The position numbers and the translations under genes are program-made. DNA of 21,227 bases, from contig NW_021823761.1 of the NCBI RefSeq assembly GCF_006345805.1, forward strand, positions 1 through 21,227. The letters are read 5' to 3'. This document shows, in pieces, positions 10,697 through 19,780 of the stretch (the first letter of the stretch is position 1; each line of letters starts with the position of its first letter). This DNA is from Octopus sinensis (Eukaryota). The notes under the pieces were generated by a model, which was not told the origin of the DNA, did not search any database, and was given only the letters and a program-made list of their open reading frames with translations.

Positions 10697-11290
10697 GAGC
10701 GGCGAGCTGGCAGTATCGTTAGCACACCGGGCGAAATTCTTAACTGTATTTCGTCTGCCGTTACGTTCTGAGTTCAAATTCCGCCGAGGTTGACTTTGCC
10801 TTTCATCCTTTCGGGGTCGATAAATTAAGTACCAGTTACGTACTGGGGTCGATGTAATCGACTTAATCCCTTTGTCTGTCCTTGTTTGTCCCCTCTGTTT
10901 TTAGCCCCTTGTGGGTAGTAAAGCAATAGATATTTTGTCTGCCGTTACATTCTGAGTTCAAATTCCGCCGAAGTTGACTTTGCCTTTCATCCTTTCGGGG
11001 TCGATAAATTAAGTACCAGTTACGTACTGAGGTCAATGTAATCGACTTAATCCCTTTGTCTGTCCTTGTTTGTCCCCTCTGTGTTTAGTCCCTTGTGGGT
11101 AGTAAAGCAATTGGTATTTCGTCTGCCGTTACGTTCTGAGTTCAAATTCCACCGCGGTTGATTTTGCCTTTCATCCTTTCGGGGTCGATAAATTAAGTAC
11201 CAGTTACGTACTGTAATCGACTTAATCCCTTTGTCTATCCTTGTTTGACCCCTCTATGTTTAGCCTCCTGTGGGCAATAAAGAAATAAGA
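10697..11290 (+). mobile_element. SINE family B multimer: one head plus three tandem ~184-bp bodies
   Basis: Units start TATTT(C/T)GTCTGCCG at 10747, 10931 and 11115 (period 184). The third unit lacks 9 bp (GGGTCGATG) and has a different 3' end. Confidence 0.92.
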
Positions 11291-11704
11291 ATGAACGAGA
11301 GAGAAAGTGAGAGAGAAATATAGAAGGAAAGAAAGACACAGGTACTTTATTTATCGACCCTGATATGGCAACAGTAAAGGCGAAATTGTTTGTTATTTTA
11401 ACGATACTGTATACCCATGATGTCTAAACTATGATAGCTGTAGTCTGCTATATCTCTACCCTCGTCAGGTGCCGGCTACGCAATGTCAGTTTTGACCGAG
11501 TGGGATCAACATAACTTTTCACGACTCCCAAATAGATACCTTCAATGTGTAGGCACATCACACTCGTATAACCAAGAGACAGTTTTCTCGAAAATTTTAA
11601 GGACTCTCTGTACATATATGCGTACACACACACGTTTGTACATACATAGAAACTAATGATTTGTAGTCACGCGGTATTTCGTTATGTAACCATATAGCGA
11701 TAAA

Positions 11705-12008
11705 CGTCGCCCTTTTCAAGCCGAGCCAGGTTCATGGCCCGGGTTTCCCAGTTTCTATGGCGTATATGTTCCCCGCAGCTGGACTGGACGCCAGTCCATC
11801 GCAACGTTACTCAAGAAACAGGAAGAGAGAGTGAGAGAAAGTTGTGGAGAAAGAGTACAACAGGGGTCGCCACCACCCCCTGCTGGAACCTCGGGGAGCT
11901 TTTAAGTGTTTTCGCTCAATAAACACACACAACGCCCGGTCTGGGAATGGAAACCGCGATCCTCCGACTGCGAGTCCGCTGCCCTAACCACTGGGCCATT
12001 GCGCATTC
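11705..12008 (-). mobile_element. SINE family D, full length, tRNA-derived head
   Basis: Minus strand reads TGGCCCAGTGGTTAGGGCAGCGGACTCG (A-box), GGTTTCCATTCCC (B-box-like), TTGAGCGAAAACACTT, and 3' CCATAGAAACTGGGAAACC...TTGAAAAGGGCG. Confidence 0.88.
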
Positions 12009-12104
12009 ACATACAACCATATAACATATGTAATATTGGTATATCCACCGCTATATATATAGTAGGCATTTAAGCAATGTGTTCGAGTATGATTAATGGA
12101 TTAG

Positions 12105-12156
12105 ATGGGGGCTGATGAAGGGGTAAACCCCCACGAAATATGGCATGTTCGCCCAT
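12105..12156 (+). ncRNA. Minimal type-I hammerhead ribozyme-like motif (Penelope-type)
   Basis: Stem I ATGGGGG/CGCCCAT (6 of 7 pairs); core CTGATGA 12112-12118; stem II from GGGG TAAA CCCCCAC; GAA 12135-12137; self-complementary stem III ATATGGCATGT; GU-U site. Folded by eye only. Confidence 0.5.
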
Positions 12157-12272
12157 AACACATTTTCATTGTTTTTTGACATCTGACGTCTTTTATACAA
12201 AACGGAGCAATAAAAATCAGTGCTGACGATAATTTCTATAGAATATCTATAGAAATAACCTGAACAAAGTAA

Positions 12273-12370
12273 TACATATATACGTACGTACATACATACA
12301 TACATACATACATACATACATACATACATACATACATACATACATACATACATACGTACATACATACATA
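12273..12370. repeat. (TACA)n microsatellite; further runs at 12469-12560 and 12830-12998
   Basis: Directly visible; these read (TATG)n on the strand of the flanking RTE fragments. Confidence 0.95.
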
Positions 12371-12468
12371 ATGGCTGCCCCCTCGTTATTGCGTATGGCC
12401 ATTGCACGAAGCTTAACTGTTACTGGTGCTGTGATCGAATGTGACTTTTTAGCCCAGCTAAAGATCTA
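12371..12468 (-). mobile_element. RTE-clade LINE extreme 3' fragment (subfamily 2)
   Basis: Minus strand encodes RSLAGLKSHIRSQHQ* (typical RTE C-terminal GLxSHxR), then a short 3' UTR ending ACGAGGGGGCAGCCAT and a (TATG)n tail. Confidence 0.7.
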
Positions 12469-12561
12469 TACATACATACATACATACATACATACATACA
12501 TACATACACACATACATACATACATACATACATACATACATACATACATACATGCATATAT

Positions 12562-12815
12562 GATGGCCGTCCACTCGTGACCGAGGAAGACCATTGCCGA
12601 CCTTCAGGAACATTGTGCGTTCTAGGACTAACTTATATTTTGCATTTGCGGCTCCGTTGGTGGCTAATGAGCCCTGCTCTTGACAAGCATACACGACTGC
12701 AAACATGGCAGACCAAGCTTTCCCCATTCACTATACGAGCCGTGCCCCTTCGCGCAGCTCGCTTAAGTTCTTCATGCTGGATACGTGCTCTCTCAAAAGT
12801 GTCGACCCCCTCCTT
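12562..12815 (-). mobile_element. RTE-clade LINE 3' fragment (subfamily 1)
   Basis: EGVDTFERARIQHEELKRAARR...CHVCSRVCLSRAGLISHQRS, the C-terminal CxxCxRxCxSxxGLxSHxR of RTE elements. Stop at 12633-12635, then a 3' UTR ending ACGAGTGGACGGCCAT and a (TATG)n tail. Confidence 0.85.
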
Positions 12816-12998
12816 AACCTTAACCTTAACATACATGCATACATACATACATACATACATACATACATACATACATACATACATACATACATACATACAT
12901 GCATGCATACATACATACATACATACATACATACATACATACATACATACATACATACATACATACATACATACATACATACATACATACATACATAC

Positions 12999-13193
12999 GA
13001 CCTGCTAGAAATAACAACCACCTTTCTCACATATTCACAGTATCACCTTGTTTCGAATGTCCGACGCACGTCTCCCAGAGAGACAGGTCTACAGGGAACT
13101 GGAGGAAGCCAAGCTGCACGCAACGTGGACAGAAACCACAATCTTACGATCATCAATCCAACACCCTAACCACTAGGCCACGCACCTCCACAT
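12999..13193 (-). mobile_element. Chimeric SINE-like unit: minus-strand tRNA head (13125-13193) with an opposite-strand RTE fragment (13044-13113)
   Basis: Minus strand reads GTGGCCTAGTGGTTAGGGTGTTGG...GTGGTTTCTGTCC (A and B boxes). Plus strand 13054-13113 reads RMSDARLPERQVYRELEEAK, similar to RTE RMxDxRLPKQxLYGEL. Confidence 0.55.
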
Positions 13194-13216
13194 CAATAGC
13201 AAATGTTAAACAATGT

Positions 13217-13636
13217 CAGGAGTACTGGCTGTGTGGTACGTAGCTTGCTTACCAATCACATGGTTCCGGGTTCAGTCCCACTGCGTGGCACCTTGGGCAA
13301 GTGTCTTCTGCTATAGCCTCAGGCCGACCAATGCCCTGTGAGTGGATTTGGTAGACGGAAACTGAAAGAAGCCTGTCGTATATATGTATATATATATATA
13401 TATATATATGTGTGCGTGTATATGTTTGTGTGTCTGTGTTTGTCCCCCTATCATTGCTTGACAACCGATGCTGGTGTGTTTACGTCCCCGTCACTTAGCG
13501 GTTCAGCAAAAGAGACCGATAGAATAAGTACTGGGCTTACAAAGAATAATTCCCGGGGTCGATTTGTTCGACTAAAGGTGGTGCTCCAGCATGGCCGCAG
13601 TCAAATGACTGAAACAAGTAAAAGAGTAAAAGAGTA
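13217..13636 (+). mobile_element. SINE family A, full length
   Basis: TGGCTGTGTGG A-box-like, GGGTTCAGTCCC, CCTTGGGCAAGTGTCTT, internal TA/TG tract, and (AAAAGAGT)n tail. Confidence 0.93.
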
Positions 13637-13814
13637 ATGGCAGAAAATAGAAATTACATCAACAAGGTACTGAAAATTCCAAAGTCAAAATCATTCGACT
13701 CGATGGTGAACGCCTTAAAATACACTTAGTTCCCTATTACCACACATACAATTGGAGTATTTTTGCATTAAAGGGTATCAAGGAAAGGTGTTAGCTTTTA
13801 TCTCTTGTGTTCTT

Positions 13815-14390
13815 TCAGCTTCTTTACCTGTTTCAGCTTTTAGACTGCGGCCACGCTGGGGCACCGCTCCAAAAACTTTTGGTCGATCGAATCAACGCTA
13901 CGACATATTTTTTTATCTTGGGCATTAGGCGTAGGAGTGGCTGTGTGGTAAGTAGCTTGCTTGCCAACCACATGGTTTCGGGTTCAGTTCCACTGCGTGG
14001 CACCTTGGGCAAGTGTCTTCTACTATAGCCTCGGGACGACCAAAGCTTTGTGAGTGGATTTGGTAGATGGAAACTGAAAGAAGCCCGTCGTATATATGTA
14101 TGTATATGTGTGTGTCTGTGTTTGTCCCTCCAGCATCGCTTGACAACCGATGCTGGTGTGTTTACGTCCCAGTAACTTAGAGGTTCGGCAAAAAAGGCTG
14201 ATAAAATAAGTACTGGGCTTACAAAGAATAAGTCCTGGGGTTGATTTGCTCGACTCAAGGCGGTACTCCAGCATGTCCACAGTCAAATGACTGAAACAAG
14301 TAAAAGAGTAAAGAGAGTCTATCGGTCTATTTTTCCCGAACTGTTAAGTTACGAGGACGCATGCGCACCAACATCGGTTGACAAACAGCG
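13815..14390 (-). mobile_element. Old minus-strand SINE family A 3' half, split into 13815-13925 and about 14316-14390 by the insertion at 13927
   Basis: The left piece has GACTGCGGCCACGCTGGGGCACCGC...GGTCGATCGAATCAAC. The right piece continues the same reverse-complement consensus: CTATCGGTC...AAGTTACGAGGACG...CATCGGTTGACAA. Confidence 0.65.
13927..14314 (+). mobile_element. SINE family A, full length, nested in an older antisense copy
   Basis: AGGCGTAGGAGTGGCTGTGTGG ... CAGTCAAATGACTGAAACAAGTAAAAGAGTAAAG. Confidence 0.93.
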
Positions 14391-14396
14391 GGCGGG

Positions 14397-14510
14397 AACT
14401 TAGTGGTTATGCTGCTGAGCTCAAGAATGCAAGTGTGTGGGTTCGATTACCGGATCGAGGGAACGATAGATCAGGCGAAATACTTCATTTGACACTGTTC
14501 CCGAGCACTA
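14397..14510 (+). mobile_element. Diverged tRNA-headed SINE fragment
   Basis: CTTAGTGGTT (A-box-like) and GGGTTCGATTACC (B-box), followed by AAATACTTCATTTGACACTG resembling the C-family centre. Confidence 0.5.
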
Positions 14511-14576
14511 AACAGTTAGGCTTCAGACATACTGGATTACGATACATGCATACGAACTTAAATGTGTATATATTTC

Positions 14577-14747
14577 ACACACACACACACACACACACAC
14601 CACACACACACACAACACACAACACATATATAGATATATTAATATGTACACGAAACCACATACACCTCGTCATATGTATCTATATATATATATATATGTG
14701 TGTGTGGTGTGTGGGTTGGGGCTACATACATATATGCATACATACAT

Positions 14748-14779
<32 letters not shown>

Positions 14780-15005
14780 ATATATATATTCATATATATA
14801 TTTTATATAGATAAGAATAAATATATGTATATATATACATTTGTAGATATACACATGAACACATATAAATAAATACATACATACATACATACATACATAC
14901 ATACATACATACATACATACATACATACATGTATATGTGAGTGTGTGTTTGTATGTGGGCGTCTGTGTACATATGTGTGTATGTGTGTGTGTGTCGTATG
15001 TATGA
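14577..15005. repeat. Compound microsatellite (CA/TA/TACA/TG)
   Basis: Directly visible. Confidence 0.9.
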
Positions 15006-15205
15006 GCAGATGTATATTCATAAACTAGTCAGCTAGCCTACACAGGTGAAAAGAAAGCCATAATTTGATATGCATACCTTCTACTTTGACACAGTACACC
15101 TACACAGAAGCGCGCACACGCAGAATTACACAAAGACGTATGAATTTTGGGGTCACAATTCATTTATACATAACACTTACATAAACTAGGTCGGTATGTA
15201 TATAG

Positions 15206-15311
15206 AGGAGAGAGAGAGAAAGAGAAGAGAGAGAGAGAGAGTGAGAGAGAGAGAGATGGGGGAGGGGAAAGAGCTATAAAACTAGCTAGCTTGCTTGCCA
15301 ACTAGATAGAC

Positions 15312-15379
<68 letters not shown>

Positions 15380-15466
15380 TAGATAGACAGATAGATAGAT
15401 AGATAGATAGATAGATATATAGCTTATTATATATATATAGAGAGAGAGAGAGATAGATAGATAGAT

Positions 15467-15517
<51 letters not shown>
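15206..15517. repeat. (GA)n then (GATA)n microsatellite
   Basis: Directly visible. Confidence 0.95.
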
Positions 15518-15518
<1 letters not shown>

Positions 15519-15618
15519 ATTGTTTAAATGTTGACGTACAGTGCGCTAGCAACACAGAGTGAGGTCGGTAGACAGTAGAGGGAGAGAGGGAGAGACAAGT
15601 ACGGAGAGCAGGAACGTG

Positions 15619-15649
<31 letters not shown>

Positions 15650-15763
15650 AATGAAGAGAGAAAGGGAGAAAGAAAGAGACAGAGTTTGTGTGTGTGTTAC
15701 ACCTAGGTACATAGAGAGTAGGGGTAATTGGTTCGTATATATAGATATAGTAAAATGTTGCCA

Positions 15764-15945
15764 GGAGGCATATGACCTAGTGGTTAGAGCAGCGGACTCG
15801 CGGTCAAGGGATCGCGGGTTCGAACCTTACACCGAGCGTTAGGTGTGCTCATGTTTATGAGCAAAACACCTAGGCCCCACGCAGCTCCGGCAGAAGGTAA
15901 TGGCGAACTTCTGCTGACTCTTTCGCCACAGCTTCCTCTCACTTT
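15764..15945 (+). mobile_element. SINE family D, 5' part
   Basis: TGACCTAGTGGTTAGAGCAGCGGACTCG A-box and GGGTTCGAACC B-box; TGAGCAAAACACC; ACTCTTTCGCCACAGCTTCCTCTCAC homologous to the 11705-12008 copy. Confidence 0.82.
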
Positions 15946-16287
15946 GTGTGTGTGTGAGCACGCATATGTTCCTTATACATTCGAAAACTGATTTTGACGT
16001 TTTGGGTATCAAAAGATTCAGTAATCTTTCGGCTACCAAACAAACTTCATTTTCATTTACATATTTTCTACGTTATCGCAACAACCTGCTATAGTTATTC
16101 GAAAGACACTGCTCTACAACGGCCAGGTTTCACTTTCAATTTGAACCAAAATTACAAAGTGTTGCATTACGAAAGTGACGCTGTCTGAATAATGCACGTA
16201 ATGTTTATACGAATTAGTCACTCATTAAAAGAATCTCTATAAGTTATGTGGAAATATAGTCACTACCCCCCCACACACACACACACA

Positions 16288-16322
<35 letters not shown>

Positions 16323-17250
16323 TCTCTCTCTCAGGCACACGGACACGTACACATACATGCAAAAAAATGTATGAATATGAAATTATGTACGTCTATATGA
16401 AAAATAATGTGTGTGAGAAAGTGAAAGAGTGCCACTTACACACACATGCAAAAAATACATACATGACAACACACACCTTCACTCTCTCTTTCTCTCTCTT
16501 TCTCTCAGTCTTACGCACCCGCACGCAGGCGCACACACATACACACACGCACACGTCCATTTTATATACACGTACGTCCATCTTTCACTTTCTCCTCTCT
16601 TTCACTTCCTGCTCTCACTTCAGAGCAAATGTCACCTTTCCCTTTTCTCCTCTCTTTCCATCTCTGCTCTCTCCAAGAATAAAAAAATAATATATTTTTA
16701 CGGAATTTTACGAACAGTCATATGATCCCATATGATTGAGTCGACAACTTTGCTATTTCAAATGAAAGAATGCCATAATATAACTTCCCTTGGTAGACGC
16801 GCGCACATACACACACACACACACACACTCTCTCTCTCTCTCTCTTTCCCTCTATCTCTCTCCATCTCTCTCTCTCTCTCAGTAAAACTTCTGTATGAAT
16901 TATGTTATTTCTTGCTGTTGCACGCGCAAATTTCCAGCTCAAGTTCAATTGAAACGACATCTTTCCATTCTGTAGTTCGTATTTGTGATGAGCGTATTTA
17001 GAAAACTGATCTTCGATATAAACTTAAAGGGAAGTCTTCCCAGAAATCCTGTCCTTTACCTATTGTTTCTAGCATGTTTGAGGTGACATTTACGCCCCAT
17101 CCTTTATTTTTTCCTAATTTTCTTCCGGTTCTTATGTTTTCGATTCAGGATTTCCCGCCAAAAACACGTTCTAAATATTTTATCCTTCCCCAACCCCAAA
17201 TAATACATGTGGCTGTATGTCATAAAACAGGGCAACACCGGGATGCCTGT

Positions 17251-17285
<35 letters not shown>

Positions 17286-17299
17286 CTGTGTGTGTGAGT

Positions 17300-17560
17300 G
17301 TGTATAGTCGCCATGCTTGACTGCTAAATGCACAAGTTTTTCTACTTCTCCCTCTGTTTATTTTCTCTTATTCCTCCCTATTGAATAGCGTAGGCTCGAA
17401 ACGTAATACACCTGTTTGTTGTTCGTACACCTGTCTTCGTCTTTTGTTTTCCTGTAAATTTCAAATATACATACATACATACTTACACACATATATATAT
17501 ATTAAATATTTAGCAGAAGCAACAGAGTGACTGAAGGACCGAGGGTTTCGTGCGTTGGCA
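17300..17560 (+). mobile_element. Possible Penelope-like element terminal fragment with a decayed hammerhead motif (17378-17405)
   Basis: CTATTGA-A-TAGC GTAG GCTC GAA ACGT A: stem II, GAA, palindromic ACGT stem III and a GUA triplet are retained. The core has two substitutions and stem I is not evident. Confidence 0.35.
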
Positions 17561-17673
17561 CTTATCAAATAAGTTTAATAGAAAATATAGATATGCTCGG
17601 CACATATTTTCAATTCTACTTTTCCTGTTTGCGTCACCATCACTGTACACACACACACACACACACAACACAC

Positions 17674-17708
<35 letters not shown>

Positions 17709-17714
<6 letters not shown>

Positions 17715-17876
17715 GACGGGCTTCTTTCAGTTTCAGTCTACCAAATCGACTCACAAGGGTTTGGTCGGCCCGAGGCTATAGTAGAAGTCACTTGCCTAAG
17801 GTACCACGCAGTGGGACTGAACCCGGAACCATGTGGTTGGTAAGCTAGCTACTTACCACACAGCCACTCCTACGCC
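17709..17876 (-). mobile_element. SINE family A, 5' half
   Basis: Reverse complement of the head through GAAAGAAGCCCGTCGT, abutting the TA/CA tract at 17645-17710. The 3' half is absent or unrecognisable. Confidence 0.9.
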
Positions 17877-18551
17877 TTGTTGTTTCATAAAAAAATATTC
17901 TCTCGCAGATGTCATTTTCTTTGGGTCCCATTTTTCCCCCCATTTCGGCTTATTTTATTGTTTCGTTTAGTATTTATGGTTTTGTACTTTCCATATTATT
18001 ATTTTTTTATTCCATATCTATAATTATCCCAGGCAATTCTCTCGTTAATAATTTCCCACCAATATATATGTCAGTTGAAAGGCACAAACAGTTTGTAACA
18101 TCTGTAACGTAGTTTTACACACACACACACATAAAGATATATACGTGTATGTGTATGTATGCATATGTATTATATGCATGTATATATAATATATATATAA
18201 TATATATATTATATATATATATATATATGTATGCATGTAAGTTAAGTTTTTTTGTTAAGTTTAGTTGTAAAGAGAGACAGAGTAAGTGAGAGAGTGAAGA
18301 GAAGCGAAGAGATAAATATAGCTATATAGACGTTTATTTATATACACGCAAACATACATATACTAATAACATGCAGATAATAAAGATCGAAAGTCTTTTC
18401 TCGTATTCTCTGGTGTATGTGTGTGTATACACACACACACACACACACACACACAAAACTGTCCGACGAACGAGAACTTGAAACTCGGAGTAACAGCTTT
18501 TGTCGTATTTCAGCTACTTTTGAATAAAGTATATATATATATATATATTCT

Positions 18552-18885
18552 GAGACCCCCTTCGGTCACGACACAGACCATGGGATTGCACCTAGAAAGT
18601 TACTCGCGCAGTCCGGGCAAGTTTGTTTATGGAAGACCAGCAGTCACCCATGTATACCGGCCTGCCCTCTTCAAGCCACCAGTGTTATCCAAGGGAAAGG
18701 CAAAGGGGCCGATACAGCTTGGCACTAGTGACATCGCAACTCATTTCTACAGCTGAGTGAACTGTAGCAACGTGAAATAAAGTGTTCTTGCTCAAGAACA
18801 CAACACACAGCCCGGTCCGAGAATCGAGCTCACAACCTCACGATCGTAAACTCGACGCTCTAACCACTGAGCCATGCGCCTTCAC
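18552..18885 (-). mobile_element. SINE family C (tRNA head plus CORE-like centre), full length
   Basis: Minus strand reads TGGCTCAGTGGTTAGAGCG (A-box), GAGCTCGATTCTC (B-box-like), GTTGTGTTCTTGAGCAAGAACACTTT...CACTCAGCTGTAGAAATGAGT, and 3' CCCATGGTC...GACCGAAGGGGGTCTC before (TA)n. Confidence 0.88.
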
Positions 18886-19586
18886 ATAACATGTATGTAG
18901 GTATATTTGCGCGCGTGTGTGTGTGAACCGAAGCAGAAACACATAAACACACCCAATAAAAATCTGGATACATGTGCACTGTCGTATGTATATCAGTGTA
19001 GCATACAAAGCGAATATATTGAAGGCCTTATAACTAAAACACCAGTGAATACCCTCGTTATTACGCAGCGATGTATTAATAGACGCCCCTTGATATATGA
19101 ACTAGATTTACACAACAGCAGGTATTATTTTACCGTGTCTTTTGTGTGTCCACACTCAAATATACATATACATATATACCTTAGAAATATTTATACAATA
19201 TGAACCAAAGAAATAGTCTCCACACAACAATATGTTTGTATGACATAACAGAAATTACAGTTGAATTTCACCATATTGCATCAGGCTGTCTTTTTAAAAA
19301 AAAACGAACTCAATGGTCGTAGGTGCATATACAAAAGTGTATAAATATTTATAGATTGAATATATTTGATCATAAATCTGGTCAGACAGGTTTGACTCAG
19401 GGTTATATAACATGGGCAGTTTGAAAGTGCTTGTTATATGCGCTGGGGTATTACATAATACTTTTTCAGTACCCACCGACACAAAGCGAGTACACAAACA
19501 CGCACTACAACATATGCGTACATTTGCAGAAATCCATACGTACACACACATATATACAAACTATACAGACTTCCCCGTATATATAT

Positions 19587-19639
<53 letters not shown>

Positions 19640-19780
19640 TAACGCTTCAACAGGTATCATGGAAAGCTAAGAGAGTAAATATAATGTTATAAATAAAACC
19701 ACAAGTCTTGTGAAATACACCTATCATTTTACCATGGGTTGTAGTATTTATTATACCTAATTATATATATATTATATATA

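Noticed and set aside
10747-11290. 184-bp tandem units as a CRISPR array or hammerhead retrozyme
   Set aside because: No unique spacers, eukaryotic context, and no CUGANGA/GAAA core with suitable stems on either strand.
12223-12256. CTGACGA followed by a 10-bp hairpin ATTTCTATAG/CTATAGAAAT that contains GAAA
   Set aside because: The hairpin buries the GAAA instead of forming stem II, and no stem I or III is evident; likely a chance AT-rich palindrome.
12813-12830. (TTAACC)3 as an interstitial telomeric repeat
   Set aside because: Reads GGTTAA rather than TTAGGG and has only three units; treated as part of the RTE 5' junction.
15764-15836. tRNA-like sequences with A and B boxes (also 11935-12008, 13125-13193, 18810-18885)
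   Set aside because: No complete acceptor stem or cloverleaf, and each continues into a SINE body; these are SINE heads, not tRNA genes.
17054-17180. Pyrimidine-rich AG acceptors (TTGTTTCTAG, TTTCGATTCAG) as exon 2 candidates
   Set aside because: The phase-1 reading hits a stop within a few codons or lacks a credible donor.
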